Notes: generated by a model from the sequence alone, not told the origin. Shown: positions 49,358 through 60,108, numbered from the stretch's first letter. The stretch is DNA of 64,000 nt from an uncultured Nitrospiraceae bacterium (GCA_963705105.1 CAVPIW010000006.1:448001-512000), one strand, 5' to 3'. Made by a program: numbers and translations.

Positions 49358-49396
49358 ATGATCGTCGACCGGGCAGGTCCCGCCCGATTCGCATGT
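49358..49396. repeat. 39-bp direct repeat, copy 1
   Basis: ATGATCGTCGACCGGGCAGGTCCCGCCCGATTCGCATGT; 35/39 identical to 50919-50957. Confidence 0.85.
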
Positions 49397-49756
49397 TACA
49401 GCAAAATGAAAACGTCCGGTAACGGCAGGAAAGGAAATGATCGATCATGCTGAGACAACGAGAGTTGCGTGTGATTCAAAAATAGTGCAGGGGGAACTCA
49501 CGCAGACGGCGGTGGCATATACCGGACATTTTCATTTTGCCGAAAACCGGACATTTCTATTGTGTCTTGACAACGTCCGGGGCAGGCTCTTGCCTTCGGC
49601 TCATACTTGTGATAGCATCCATATAGTATGAACACTCTGAGATTCTCTTGCAGGGGACTTGCACCCATAAGCTCGCCGTCCCTGAGCCGGAATATGGTCC
49701 CAAGAGATCAGAGTCGCGCATAGTTTCTATATGCAGAGTTTTCTGACGGAGGGCAC

Positions 49757-49960
49757 ATGAAGCTAAAGGTGGTAGTACACGAGGCAGAAGAAGGTGGTTT
49801 TTGGGCTGAGGTTCCGGCCATTCCTGGCTGTGCGACGCAAGGAGAGACCTTTGAAGAACTTCTCCAGAATCTATATGAGGCGGTAGAGGGCTGCCTGTCT
49901 GTAGACATTTCGCCGCCCAAGACCGGAGAGGGGGATCGTGTCCTGGAAATAGCGGTATGA
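49757..49960 (+). CDS. hicB: HicB family antitoxin
   Basis: [27 protein letters not shown]. Confidence 0.92.
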   Translation: MKLKVVVHEAEEGGFWAEVPAIPGCATQGETFEELLQNLYEAVEGCLSVDISPPKTGEGDRVLEIAV

Positions 49961-50163
49961 AATCCTTTTCAGGGAAAGACCTCGCCAAAGAGGTAGAACG
50001 GAGAGGATGGTTGCTGCTACGGGTTCACGGAAGCCATCACATATACGGCAAGCAGGGGAGCGTTGTGCGGCTGTCGATCCCGGTTCACGGAAATCAGCCG
50101 CTCAAGGCTGGGCTCCTGAAGCACCTGTTGAAACTCGCTGAAATTCCGGACGAGGATCTCTAA
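49957..50163 (+). CDS. hicA: HicA family toxin
   Basis: [23 protein letters not shown]. Confidence 0.92.
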   Translation: MKSFSGKDLAKEVERRGWLLLRVHGSHHIYGKQGSVVRLSIPVHGNQPLKAGLLKHLLKLAEIPDEDL

Positions 50164-50326
50164 CGAAGGGGTCGGGTGAACGATGGGCTGAGTGAGAATA
50201 CTCCGCACCTGTTTGCCCTAACGTTGCTGCATATGATTAAGTGCTGTTGTCGTGCGCCACTGACTCCACAAACGTCCCACCGAAAGTCTTAATCCCAATC
50301 TGACAGCGCATAGGGCGTGCCTGTGG

Positions 50327-50535
50327 TTGAACATGCCCCATTTGCGAGCCATGGGAGGCGGCCTTTTCGAATTGAGACCGCACGGCAGGGAAGGCATTGG
50401 TCGCGTGTTCTATTGTTTCGTCATGGGTCAGCGTGTCGTCATACTCCATGCTTTCATCAAGAAAACTCAAGAAACCCCGGAGAGAGAATTAAAAAAATTG
50501 CCCGAAAAAGGCTGAAGGAGGTTCGGAATGGCTGA
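50327..50535 (+). pseudogene. 5'-truncated, frameshifted RelE/HigB (Gp49-like) toxin
   Basis: MPHLRAMGGGLFELR..GRVFYC..ILHAFIKKTQETP; frameshift at A7 run 50491-50497 before IARKRLKEV. Confidence 0.8.
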
Positions 50536-50884
50536 GTTGAAATATAAACCGATCATCCACAACCATGAGGCATTTCTTGAGAAAGCCCTGAAAAGGAAAG
50601 GTTTCAAGGAAGCATTCGAGGATTTGGAAGCGGAATATGCTCTTATCCGGGAGATGCTTGCTGCTCGTTCGAGGTCCGGCCTCACTCAGGAGGCTGTTGC
50701 AGAATTGATGGGGACGACAAAGAGCGCGGTTTCCAGATTGGAAGCAGGGGGAAAACATGCACCATCGCTGACGACTCTCAAAAGGTATGCTCTCGCTGTC
50801 GGCTGCCATTTGGAAATCAGGTTAGTTCCGTATAGCCAAGCCGATCGCTCGAGGCGGCGCACCCGTAAACGGTCGGCCCTTTAG
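50528..50884 (+). CDS. XRE-family HTH antitoxin (HigA-like)
   Basis: GLTQEAVAELMGTTKSAVSRLEAG..PSLTTLKRYA. Confidence 0.9.
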   Translation: MAELKYKPIIHNHEAFLEKALKRKGFKEAFEDLEAEYALIREMLAARSRSGLTQEAVAELMGTTKSAVSRLEAGGKHAPSLTTLKRYALAVGCHLEIRLVPYSQADRSRRRTRKRSAL

Positions 50885-50918
50885 CACAAATACTGCTTTG
50901 CCGTTTTGAAAAGTATTG

Positions 50919-50957
50919 ATGACCGTCGACCGGGCATATCCCCCCCGATTCGCATGT
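50919..50957. repeat. 39-bp direct repeat, copy 2
   Basis: ATGACCGTCGACCGGGCATATCCCCCCCGATTCGCATGT. Confidence 0.85.
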
Positions 50958-50967
50958 GATTTTGATA

Positions 50968-50996
50968 TTGAAAATAGCATGGATACGTGCTATAAT
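50968..50996 (+). promoter_or_regulatory. Putative fhs promoter
   Basis: TTGAAA-N17-TATAAT with TG extension; ATAGCA-N8-TGCTAT dyad overlapping spacer and -10. Confidence 0.65.
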
Positions 50997-51110
50997 CCTG
51001 ACATTTGAGCGATCACTCCAGCAGTTCTTTTCATAACTTCTTGTATTTACTCGATTGTCCAGTTTACCTGGCTAATGTGCCTTTAAATTCATTTTATTAA
51101 GGAGGTTTCT

Positions 51111-52874
51111 ATGCCGTACGACGCGACAAAGATGGCTGACTGGCAGATTTCCGAAGAAGCTGAAAAAAACATGCCCACTCCCGACGAGTGGCGTGAAAAA
51201 CTGGGCCTGCAGAAGGACGAGATGCTCCCCATGGGCCGTCTCTCCAAGATTGACTTCCTCAAGGTCATTAACAGGCTCCAGGGCAGGCCTGACGGGAAGT
51301 ACATCGAAGTAACCGCCATAACCCCGACCCCGCTGGGCGAAGGCAAGAGCACCACATCCTGCGGTCTCATGGAAGGTCTCGGCAAGCGCGGCGTCAACGT
51401 CGGCGGCGCCCTGAGGCAGCCCTCGGGCGGCCCCACCATGAACGTCAAGGGCACGGCGGCCGGCGGCGGCAACTCCCTGCTCATCCCCATGACCGAGTTC
51501 TCCCTGGGCCTCACCGGCGACATCAACGACATCATGAACGCCCACAACCTGGCCATGGTGGCCTTGAACGCCCGTATGCAGCACGAGCGCAACTACAATG
51601 ACGAGCAGCTCGCAAGGCTCACCAAGATGAAACGCCACGATATCGACCCCACCCGCGTCGAGATGGGCTGGATCATGGACTTTTGCGCCCAGGGCCTGAG
51701 AAACATCATCATGGGCATCGGCGGCCGTCAGGACGGCTTCATGATGCAGTCGAAGTTCGGCATCGCCGTCGGCTCCGAGTGCATGGCCATCCTTTCCGTC
51801 GCCAACGACCTTGCGGACCTGAAAACGCGCCTGAACAATATCACCGTCGCCTTCGACAAGAGCGGCAAGCCCGTCACCACCGGCGACCTGGAAGTCGGCA
51901 ACGCCATGACGGCCTTCATGCGCAACACCATCAACCCGACCCTCATGTGCACGGCAGAGTACAACCCCTGCTTCGTCCATGCCGGTCCGTTCGCGAACAT
52001 CGCCGTGGGCCAGTCCTCCATCATCGCCGACCGTGTCGCCCTGAAGCTCTTCGACTACCACGTCACCGAGTCCGGCTTTGCTGCTGACATCGGCTTCGAG
52101 AAGTTCTGGAACGTGAAATGCCGCTTCAGCGGCCTGAAGCCCCACGTCTCCGTTCTCACGTCCACCATCCGCGCCCTGAAGATGCACGGCGGCGGGCCGA
52201 AAGTCGTCGCCGGCAAGGCGCTCCCCGAAGAGTACACGAAGGAGAACGTGGCCCTCGTTGAGAAGGGCTGCGCCAACATGGTCCACATGATCGGCGTCAT
52301 CCGCAAGTCCGGCATCAACCCCGTCGTCTGCATCAACCGGTTCTACACCGACACGGATGCCGAAGTGGCCGCCGTCAAGAAGGCAGCCGAAGCGGCAGGC
52401 GCCCGCTGCGCCGAGTCCCAGCACTGGCTCAAGGGCGGCGAGGGAGCACTCGAACTGGCAGACGCCGTCATCGACGCCTGCAACGAAAAAGGCGAGTTCA
52501 AGTTCCTCTATCCCCTCGAGATGAAGCTGCGCGACCGCGTCGACCTCATCGCCAAGCAAGTCTACGGCGCCGACGGCGTCGACTGGCTCCCCGATGCAGC
52601 GGCCAAGGCCAAGATGCTCGAAGACGATCCCAAGTACGCAGACTTCGCCACAATGATGGTCAAGACCCACCTGTCCCTCAGCCACGATCCCGTCATCAAG
52701 GGCGTGCCCAAGGGCTGGCGTCTGCCCATCCGCGACGTGCTCATTTACTCGGGCGCGAAGTTCCTCTGCCCCTGCGCGGGAACGATCAGCCTCATGCCCG
52801 GCACGAGCTCCAATCCGGCCTTCAGAAGGATCGACGTCGACGTCAACACCGGAAAGGTCTCCGGCCTGTTCTAA
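51111..52874 (+). CDS. fhs: Formate--tetrahydrofolate ligase
   Basis: [41 protein letters not shown]. Confidence 0.97.
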   Translation: MPYDATKMADWQISEEAEKNMPTPDEWREKLGLQKDEMLPMGRLSKIDFLKVINRLQGRPDGKYIEVTAITPTPLGEGKSTTSCGLMEGLGKRGVNVGGALRQPSGGPTMNVKGTAAGGGNSLLIPMTEFSLGLTGDINDIMNAHNLAMVALNARMQHERNYNDEQLARLTKMKRHDIDPTRVEMGWIMDFCAQGLRNIIMGIGGRQDGFMMQSKFGIAVGSECMAILSVANDLADLKTRLNNITVAFDKSGKPVTTGDLEVGNAMTAFMRNTINPTLMCTAEYNPCFVHAGPFANIAVGQSSIIADRVALKLFDYHVTESGFAADIGFEKFWNVKCRFSGLKPHVSVLTSTIRALKMHGGGPKVVAGKALPEEYTKENVALVEKGCANMVHMIGVIRKSGINPVVCINRFYTDTDAEVAAVKKAAEAAGARCAESQHWLKGGEGALELADAVIDACNEKGEFKFLYPLEMKLRDRVDLIAKQVYGADGVDWLPDAAAKAKMLEDDPKYADFATMMVKTHLSLSHDPVIKGVPKGWRLPIRDVLIYSGAKFLCPCAGTISLMPGTSSNPAFRRIDVDVNTGKVSGLF

Positions 52875-52897
52875 GAATTTCTGCTTCAGCATTCCCC

Positions 52898-52930
52898 GGC
52901 TCCCCGCCCCGTGGCGGGGAGCCTTTTTTT
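52898..52930 (+). terminator. Intrinsic terminator of fhs
   Basis: GGCTCCCCGCC-CCGT-GGCGGGGAGCC followed by T7. Confidence 0.9.
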
Positions 52931-52945
52931 GGGCGCGGAAAATCC

Positions 52946-52974
52946 TTGACGCTGCCAGGAGTTTTTCCTATACT
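52946..52974 (+). promoter_or_regulatory. Sigma70 promoter of the small cysteine-rich protein gene
   Basis: TTGACG-N17-TATACT. Confidence 0.7.
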
Positions 52975-53047
52975 ATGTATGCAAAATCCTTGCGGTGGCC
53001 ATTGGCCATGACAACGATCCGGGCGATCCGTTATGTGGAGGTGAAGA

Positions 53048-53299
53048 ATGCGTTACCTGGTTGTCGTCCTCGTCTTAATACCCGCGCTGACTTTTGCAGG
53101 ACAGAAAGGAAAGTATCTGGTGCATTGTGAGGATATTTCAGGAGGGCAGTGCAAAAAGGAGTGTTCGGAGGGTGAGAAGGCTGTCAAGAAGATCGAGATC
53201 GGCGAAGGGGATCAAAAGGGGATAATCGCCGGTGTTGATTGCAGCAGCGCAGGCAAAGGGTTTGTCTGCTGCGTTGAAAAGAAAAAGATCAAAGAATAA
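53048..53299 (+). CDS. Small secreted six-cysteine protein (defensin-like spacing)
   Basis: GGAGG RBS, signal peptide MRYLVVVLVLIPALTFA, C-x7-C-x3-C-x25-C-x8-CC, Lys-rich tail. Confidence 0.8.
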   Translation: MRYLVVVLVLIPALTFAGQKGKYLVHCEDISGGQCKKECSEGEKAVKKIEIGEGDQKGIIAGVDCSSAGKGFVCCVEKKKIKE

Positions 53300-53382
53300 A
53301 TTCCAAAGCTCCCTGTTAGTAGATTACTGCTGCCGGTGGAACCGTGACTGCGGTGCCGGCTCCCATAGACCTCGATGAACCT

Positions 53383-53409
53383 GTCAGCCCCGGAATCTCC
53401 GGGGCTGAC
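53383..53409. terminator. Perfect hairpin, possible terminator
   Basis: GTCAGCCCCGGA-ATC-TCCGGGGCTGAC; no immediate U tract. Confidence 0.5.
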
Positions 53410-53448
53410 GAATCTTTCACACGCTCAAACCCTCACCTGCCTGATTAA

Positions 53449-53636
53449 CCTCGTCGTTGCATGAAAAGCCGGGGCGAAGCACTCTGACAACAGTGTGAGT
53501 GTCAGTGTCGGAATAATGTCCCATTCTCCTAACATTGGCGTATAGTTCATCTATCGTTTTGATACAGGTGTCGCCGCATCAAGGTTTTCGGCGCATTCAC
53601 CCCCACCTTTCCCGGGAGTGTATTGTAACAATAAGG
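53449..53636. mobile_element. MITE-like family 1, copy 6
   Basis: CCTCGTCGTTGCATGAAAAG.. to ..GTAACAATAAGG; flanks TTAA / TGAA (one mismatch); hexamer tract inside. Confidence 0.8.
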
Positions 53637-53682
53637 TGAACTGCCCCTCCAATCATGGCTACATGAAACTCTAATTTTCAAT

Positions 53683-53711
53683 TTGACATTTTTCTCATTT
53701 TTCCATATAAT
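53683..53711 (+). promoter_or_regulatory. Consensus sigma70 promoter, probably leaderless
   Basis: Exact TTGACA-N17-TATAAT; ATG after a 6-nt gap, no SD. Confidence 0.8.
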
Positions 53712-53717
53712 TTCGGC

Positions 53718-54914
53718 ATGATACAGAGGCATATAAGCGCAAAACTGGAGGCCCTCGCTGCTCAATTTCCGGTTCTCCTTCTGACAGGTCCTCGTCAGGC
53801 CGGTAAAACGACACTTGCTCAACACCTGTTTGCGCATCATGCCTATGTAAGCCTCGAAGATCCGGATAACCGGGAATCGGCCGTGTCGGATCCACGGGGC
53901 TTCCTCGACCGGTTCAGGAGCAATGCGATTTTCGATGAGGTGCAGCGGGTGCCGTCACTGCTGTCATATCTGCAGACCGAAGTGGACAGGGACGCCACTC
54001 CGGGTCGCTTCGTTCTGACCGGCTCGCATCATATGCATCTCATGGACAGCGTCAGTCAGACGCTCGCCGGCCGTATTGCCATAATACATCTGTTGCCGCT
54101 CAGTCTTGCAGAACTTCATGGCCGTCCGGCGGCAGACCCTTTCAACATCCGGTCGCCTCGTGAAACACCACCACCCTCTACCGACCTCGACAGGGCGCTT
54201 TTCGCCGGCGGCTATCCGCGCATTCACGACAAGGGCATCGATCCGCGGGACTGGCTGGCAAATTACTACCAGACCCACGTGGAACGAGACGTGCGTGACA
54301 TCGTCAATATCGGTGATCTCGATTCCTTCCAGCGCTTCATGCGGCTGTGCGCTGGGAGAAGCGGCCAGTTACTGAACCTGTCCTCTCTCGGCGCCGATGC
54401 GGGAATAACTCATCCGACTGTCAGAAAGTGGCTTTCCGTTCTCCAGGCCAACTTCCTGGTACATCTGCTCCCGCCTCATCACACGAATTTTTCAAAGCGG
54501 ATCGTGAAGGCTCCGAAGTTATTTTTTTATGACACCGGGCTGCTGTGTTTTCTGCTCGGCATCCGGTCTGCCGATATGATCGCCACGCACCCGCTGAGAG
54601 GAGCGATATTCGAGACGCTGGTCGTGTCTGAGTTGATAAAGGCTTTCGTCAATGCCGGTGAAGTGCCGCCCGTCTATTTCTGGCGAGACCGGACCGGGCA
54701 CGAAGTGGATGTTGTCATCGATACGGGTGTGGAACTCATACCTGTGGAAATCAAGTCTGGCACGACGGTCAACCCGTCTTTTTTTGAAGGGCTGCGTTTC
54801 TTTTGCGGTCTAGGCTCGCCGGCCTCAAAGGGCGGCGCACTCATCTACGGCGGAAGAACGCCTGCCTATATCCGGGAAGGACACTGCGTGAGACCCTGGT
54901 TTGCACCGGTATAA
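53718..54914 (+). CDS. AAA_14 ATPase with DUF4143 domain
   Basis: GPRQAGKT, FDEVQR, LTGS, LAGR, GGYP, KAPKLFFYDTG, WRD..EVD..VEIK. Confidence 0.93.
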   Translation: MIQRHISAKLEALAAQFPVLLLTGPRQAGKTTLAQHLFAHHAYVSLEDPDNRESAVSDPRGFLDRFRSNAIFDEVQRVPSLLSYLQTEVDRDATPGRFVLTGSHHMHLMDSVSQTLAGRIAIIHLLPLSLAELHGRPAADPFNIRSPRETPPPSTDLDRALFAGGYPRIHDKGIDPRDWLANYYQTHVERDVRDIVNIGDLDSFQRFMRLCAGRSGQLLNLSSLGADAGITHPTVRKWLSVLQANFLVHLLPPHHTNFSKRIVKAPKLFFYDTGLLCFLLGIRSADMIATHPLRGAIFETLVVSELIKAFVNAGEVPPVYFWRDRTGHEVDVVIDTGVELIPVEIKSGTTVNPSFFEGLRFFCGLGSPASKGGALIYGGRTPAYIREGHCVRPWFAPV

Positions 54915-55009
54915 ACACCACCGGCCCTGAGGACGGCACGACGGACCATACGTGACTCGGTTGTCTTGATCTTCCCCCATCCGATACAATAAAGAAAAAA
55001 GCCGACACC

Positions 55010-56110
55010 ATGAGCGCTTTCATAAAAAAGACGTCCTATCTCATCATTCCCGCAGTCCTGTCCGTCCTGCTTCACCTCTCCATTGTCGCAGCAATGTCAG
55101 GCATGCGGGGATTCGACATCGGGGCGCTTTTCATCGGGCAACAGTTTACGGTCGGTCTTGTCGAAGACGGGACAGCTACGCCTGTGCCGCCCGTCGTCCG
55201 TCCGAAACCCCGTGCTGTCGCGCGCCCGGTCGCACAGGAGAAGGCGCCCGTCGCCGTCGCATCCCCCGAAGACAATGACATCACGACCGGGCAAGCCGGG
55301 GCGGTTTCCGCAAACGATAATCTGGAACAACGTCCGGATGAGGAAACCGCCGTCGCTCAGCAGGACCAGGCTGCTCAGGACGTGTTGCCTCAATCTGATG
55401 CCATTGGCAGTGCCGCTCTGCCCCGGGAGACGCCGAAAAGCAGCCCCCCTTCCCTGCTGAAACACGCCCGTGAGCGGCTGTCGTTTAACATCTCATGGCT
55501 CGGCGTCCACGTCGGCAAGGCGACTCTCGACGCCTTCAGGAAGAAGGATGAGGTGATGATCATCTCGCGGGTCCACTCCGCCCCTGTCATCTCCCATTTT
55601 TACCGCGTCGATGACTTTGCCGTCAGCACCGTGAAGGACGGCCAGCCGGCCCGGTTCAGGATCAAGCAGGTCGAGGGCAGGTACAGGAGCGACAAGGAGA
55701 CGCTTTTCGATGCCGGGAATGGAAAGATAACCTTTCACAATTACATCAAGGGAACGAAGGACGACCATACCTCGCAGGAGACGCTGTGGGACGTCCTGTC
55801 GGGCTTTTATGTCCTCAGGAGCAAGCGCCTCGAGATCGGCAGGCCCGTCCATATCGACATCTTCGACAGCAACAAGATCTACAAGACAGAGGTTGCCGTC
55901 ATTCGGAAGGAAAAGGTGGAGCTGCCCGGCCGGGGACAGGTCGATGCCGTCGTTGTCAGGCCCCGCCTCCTGTCGGAAGGACTCTTCCAGTTCAGCGGCG
56001 AGATCCTCATCTGGCTGACCGATGACGACGAGCGCATCCCCGTGAAGGTCGAGACGACGGCGCCTATCGGGACCGTCGTCGCCCGCATCGCCTCTCTCGA
56101 GACGGAATAG
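55010..56110 (+). CDS. DUF3108-like protein with N-terminal anchor and low-complexity linker
   Basis: [36 protein letters not shown]. Confidence 0.75.
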   Translation: MSAFIKKTSYLIIPAVLSVLLHLSIVAAMSGMRGFDIGALFIGQQFTVGLVEDGTATPVPPVVRPKPRAVARPVAQEKAPVAVASPEDNDITTGQAGAVSANDNLEQRPDEETAVAQQDQAAQDVLPQSDAIGSAALPRETPKSSPPSLLKHARERLSFNISWLGVHVGKATLDAFRKKDEVMIISRVHSAPVISHFYRVDDFAVSTVKDGQPARFRIKQVEGRYRSDKETLFDAGNGKITFHNYIKGTKDDHTSQETLWDVLSGFYVLRSKRLEIGRPVHIDIFDSNKIYKTEVAVIRKEKVELPGRGQVDAVVVRPRLLSEGLFQFSGEILIWLTDDDERIPVKVETTAPIGTVVARIASLETE

Positions 56111-56115
56111 GCCCC

Positions 56116-58656
56116 TTGGATTTCATAACTATACGCGGCGCGCGCGAACATAACCTGAAAAACATCAGCCTCACCATCCCGAGGGACAGGATCACCGTCA
56201 TAACGGGACCGTCCGGGTCGGGGAAATCCTCACTCGCCCTCGACACGATCTACGCCGAGGGCCAGAGGCGGTATGTGGAAAGCCTCTCCGCCTATGCGCG
56301 GCAATTCCTCGAGCAGATGCAGAAGCCCGACGTCGATTCCATCGAGGGCCTCTCTCCATCCATAGCGATAGATCAGAAAACGGTGTCGAGGAGCCCCCGG
56401 TCGACGGTCGGCACGATCACGGAGGTGTATGACTACCTGAGGGTCCTGTTCACGCGTCTCGGCACCCCCTACTGCTACCATTGCGGCTCCGTCATCGCCT
56501 CACAGGACATCCAGAACATCCTGCTCTCCGTCCTGTCGCTCCCCGTCGGGACGAGGATCCAGGTCCTCGCACCCATTGTGAGGGACAGAAAAGGGGAGTA
56601 CAAAAAGGAACTCCGGAAAATGAAGTCCGAGGGGTTCGTTCGGGCCCGCATCGACGGCGCCATGGTCGATCTCACCCAGGAGATATCCTTGCGGAAACAG
56701 CAGAGGCATACCATCGAGATCGTCATCGACCGGTTCATCATCAAGCATGCCGTGGAACGGCAGATCCGGCAGGCCATCGACGCATCCCTCAAATATGCCG
56801 ACACGGTGGTGATCAACCTCATCGATGAAAACCGCGATATTCTTTTCAGCAAGACCCTCGCCTGCCCGAGCTGCGGCATCAGTTATCCCGAGATCGAGCC
56901 GAGGCTCTTCTCTTTCAACAGCAAATACGGCGCCTGCAAGTCCTGCAACGGCCTCGGTTTTGATAATCTCGCCGACCTTGACGAGATGGGAACGGCGACG
57001 AGGACTGCGCCGTCTCTTATCGGCGACGCTGTGCCGGACCGTCTCATCCCCTGCCGGTCCTGCCAGGGCATGCGGTTGAGAAAGGAGGCCCTCAGCGTCC
57101 GGCTGCAGGGCGTCAGCATCGGCCAGTTGTCGGCCCTTTCCGTGCGGGAGGCGGGACACTTCCTTGCGGGACTCCATCTGAAGGAGCGGGAGCGCATCAT
57201 CGCCAGGAGGGTCCTCCGGGAGGCGGCGGACCGCCTGTCCTTTCTCGACAGGGTCGGCCTCGGGTATATGACCCTTGACAGGCCGTCACTTACCCTGTCG
57301 GGCGGCGAAGCCCAGCGCATCAGGCTGGCGACACAGCTCGGGTCGTCACTGACGGGTGTGCTCTATGTGCTTGACGAGCCGAGCATAGGTCTCCATCCCC
57401 GGGACTGCGGAAAACTCATCGAGAGCCTCAACAGCATCAGGGACGGAGGGAACACGGTCATCGTCGTGGAGCACGACACGGAAACGATCCTCAATGCCGA
57501 TCACATCATCGACATGGGTCCCGGCGCCGGCCGGAACGGGGGATGGATCATCGCCTCGGGAACGCCTGCAGAGATACGGGAGAACCCCTCGTCGGTCACA
57601 GGGAGGTACATCAGCGGAGACACGCGTATCCCCGTGCCGGCGCGCAGGAGGAAAGGCCGCGACGTCATCACGATCAGGGGGGCGTCGGAATTCAACCTCA
57701 GGCGCATCGACGTCGCCCTGCCCCTCGGGGTGTTCCTCTGCGTCACCGGCGTCTCCGGGTCCGGCAAGAGCACTCTCGTCTTCGAGATCCTCTACAAGAC
57801 CCTCGCCCGCAGGCTTTACAGCGCCTCTGAGACACCCGGCGCGTGCGACGCCATCGAAGGCCTCGAAAAAGTGGACAGGGTCATCTCCATCGATCAGTCC
57901 CCCCTGGGCAGGACGCCGCGCTCCAACCCCGCCACATATTCGGGCATCTTCACGCCCATACGGGACCTCTTCGCACAGTTGCCCGATGCAAGAGTCAGGG
58001 GATATACGGCGTCACGGTTCAGTTTCAACGTCTCCGGCGGGCGGTGTGAGGGATGCCAGGGAGCGGGCGTGAAAAAAATCGAGATGCACTTCCTTCCCGA
58101 TGTCTACGTGACCTGTGACGTCTGCCGGGGAAAGCGGTACAACCGTGAAACCCTCGACATCACATACAGGGAAAAGACTATAGCGGACATTCTCCACATG
58201 ACCGTATCGGAATCACTCGAATTTTTCCAGGCCATTCCGCCCCTCCGGCAGAGGCTGAGTCTCCTTGAAGAGATGGGGATGGGGTATGTGATGCTCGGCC
58301 AGCCGGCGACCACCCTTTCGGGAGGAGAGGCGCAGCGCCTGAAGCTGTCGAAAGAGCTGGGCAAGCGGTCGACGGGCAGCACCCTCTACATCCTCGACGA
58401 ACCGACGACGGGCCTCCATTTCGTCGACATACAGCGGCTCTTGGCCGTCATCAACAGGCTCGTCGATGCCGGCAACACCGTCATCGTCATCGAGCACGAT
58501 ATGGACGTCATCAAGTCCTGCGATTTCATCATCGACCTGGGCCCCGAGGGCGGAGAAGACGGCGGGACCGTCGTCGCCCGCGGCACGCCCGAAGAAGTGG
58601 CTCGTATGAAGGCATCCCACACCGGCAGATATCTCGCCGGGGTGCTGAAAGGATGA
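56116..58656 (+). CDS. uvrA: Excinuclease ABC subunit A (short, 846 aa)
   Basis: GAREHNLK, two Walker A ([16 protein letters not shown]), two LSGGEAQR, zinc-finger Cys pairs; TTG start. Confidence 0.96.
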   Translation: MDFITIRGAREHNLKNISLTIPRDRITVITGPSGSGKSSLALDTIYAEGQRRYVESLSAYARQFLEQMQKPDVDSIEGLSPSIAIDQKTVSRSPRSTVGTITEVYDYLRVLFTRLGTPYCYHCGSVIASQDIQNILLSVLSLPVGTRIQVLAPIVRDRKGEYKKELRKMKSEGFVRARIDGAMVDLTQEISLRKQQRHTIEIVIDRFIIKHAVERQIRQAIDASLKYADTVVINLIDENRDILFSKTLACPSCGISYPEIEPRLFSFNSKYGACKSCNGLGFDNLADLDEMGTATRTAPSLIGDAVPDRLIPCRSCQGMRLRKEALSVRLQGVSIGQLSALSVREAGHFLAGLHLKERERIIARRVLREAADRLSFLDRVGLGYMTLDRPSLTLSGGEAQRIRLATQLGSSLTGVLYVLDEPSIGLHPRDCGKLIESLNSIRDGGNTVIVVEHDTETILNADHIIDMGPGAGRNGGWIIASGTPAEIRENPSSVTGRYISGDTRIPVPARRRKGRDVITIRGASEFNLRRIDVALPLGVFLCVTGVSGSGKSTLVFEILYKTLARRLYSASETPGACDAIEGLEKVDRVISIDQSPLGRTPRSNPATYSGIFTPIRDLFAQLPDARVRGYTASRFSFNVSGGRCEGCQGAGVKKIEMHFLPDVYVTCDVCRGKRYNRETLDITYREKTIADILHMTVSESLEFFQAIPPLRQRLSLLEEMGMGYVMLGQPATTLSGGEAQRLKLSKELGKRSTGSTLYILDEPTTGLHFVDIQRLLAVINRLVDAGNTVIVIEHDMDVIKSCDFIIDLGPEGGEDGGTVVARGTPEEVARMKASHTGRYLAGVLKG

Positions 58657-58657
58657 A

Positions 58658-58851
58658 CCTTATCGTCGCATACGCCTGACCGAAAGGCGGGGTGAATGCG
58701 CCGAAAACCTTGATGCGGCGACACCTGTATCGTAACGAGAATAAGCTGGTGTATGAAAAAATGAGCTTCTCACTGACACTCACACTATCACTCACACTTT
58801 TTTTCAGAGCGCTTCACCCCGCCTTTTCAGAAAGCGTATGCAACGATAAGG
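58658..58851. mobile_element. MITE-like family 1, copy 7
   Basis: CCTTATCGTCGCATACGC.. / ..GCGTATGCAACGATAAGG, flanked by TGAA at 58654-58657 and 58852-58855; hexamer tract inside. Confidence 0.88.
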
Positions 58852-59903
58852 TGAACAACAGGCACGCCCGTCACCGGCACCGCCCCATCGTCGGTATTCT
58901 TCTGTCCCTGCTCGTTGTGGCCCTGCTATCGTCCTGCCGGCCCGGGAACGAACGCCTGTTCCGGGAGACGAGAAAGGCCATGTACACGGTGACGACCATC
59001 ACGGTCTCGGCCGCCACCGACGAAACGGCCCGGCGCGCCATCGACGCCGCCTTCCTGGCGCTGGACAGGATCGAAAAGCTTATGAATTATTATTCCAAGG
59101 ACAGCGAGGTGTCGGAAATCAACAGGAACGCCGGGGTCCGTCCCGTCAGGGTCTCCCCGGAGACCTTCGAGGTGGTCGGGAAATCCGTCTTCGTTGCCGA
59201 GAACACGGAGGGCGCCTTCGACATCACCCTCGGGCCCGTCATCGAAGCCTGGGATTTTGAAAAGAAAACGGTCCCCGGCAAAGGGGAGATCAATGAGAGG
59301 ATGAAGCGCGTCGGCTACCGCAACATTGTCCTCGACAGCAGGCAGAGGACGGTCTTTCTGAAAAAGGGCGGGATGCAGATCAACCTCGGCGGGATCCTGA
59401 AGGGGTTCGCCGCGGACCGGGCCGTCGACGTGCTCAGGAAAAACGGCATCCGGTCCGGCATCGTCGCCATCGGCGGCGATATACGGGCATTCGGCAACCG
59501 GCCCGGAGGAGAGCCCTGGAAGGTGGGTGTGCAGAATCCCCGGCAGACAGGCAAAGACGACGAGATCCTGGCCACGGTCGATCTGACGGATAAGGCCATA
59601 TCGACAGCGGGAGACTATGAAAGGTACTATATCCTCGACGGGGTGCGGTATCACCATATCCTGGACCCGAAAACCGGTTATCCCGCTAAGGGGTGCCGGA
59701 GCGTCACCGTCGTCGCAGCCGACGGGATAGCGGCCGACGGCTTCGACACAGGGCTTTTCGTCCTCGGTCCCGCGAAGGCCCTGAGTATTCTCGGAAAACT
59801 CGGGCTTGACGGCATCGTCGTCGATGAGGACGGGAAGGTCTTCGTCACGGACGGCATAAAGGGGTCCGTCTCTCTCAGGCACGTGAAGGCTCAGGGATCC
59901 TGA
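58851..59903 (+). CDS. apbE: FAD:protein FMN transferase (lipoprotein)
   Basis: Lipobox [48 protein letters not shown]; start codon inferred. Confidence 0.92.
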   Translation: MNNRHARHRHRPIVGILLSLLVVALLSSCRPGNERLFRETRKAMYTVTTITVSAATDETARRAIDAAFLALDRIEKLMNYYSKDSEVSEINRNAGVRPVRVSPETFEVVGKSVFVAENTEGAFDITLGPVIEAWDFEKKTVPGKGEINERMKRVGYRNIVLDSRQRTVFLKKGGMQINLGGILKGFAADRAVDVLRKNGIRSGIVAIGGDIRAFGNRPGGEPWKVGVQNPRQTGKDDEILATVDLTDKAISTAGDYERYYILDGVRYHHILDPKTGYPAKGCRSVTVVAADGIAADGFDTGLFVLGPAKALSILGKLGLDGIVVDEDGKVFVTDGIKGSVSLRHVKAQGS

Positions 59904-59925
59904 GGGAAGAGAGGGAGAAGAACCG

Positions 59926-60108
59926 GTGCAGATAGCCTGTCCCGTCTGCCGCACCATGACGACCTGGGAGGAGAACCCCTGGAAACCTTTCTGCTCGGAG
60001 AGGTGCAAGCTCATCGACCTCGGCCGCTGGGCATCGGGAGAATACAGGATCGAGGGCGAAAGGGTCGACGAAGAAGAAAACGAAGAGACTCATGATGGAC
60101 AAGAATAA
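59926..60108 (+). CDS. yacG: DNA gyrase inhibitor YacG
   Basis: [19 protein letters not shown]. Confidence 0.92.
   Translation: MQIACPVCRTMTTWEENPWKPFCSERCKLIDLGRWASGEYRIEGERVDEEENEETHDGQE

Noticed and set aside
49280..50890. Integron cassette array around the TA genes
   Set aside because: Some TAAC motifs follow genes, but no convincing paired attC cores and no integrase
50974..50993. CIRCE element at the fhs promoter
   Set aside because: Arms and spacing do not fit TTAGCACTC-N9-GAGTGCTAA
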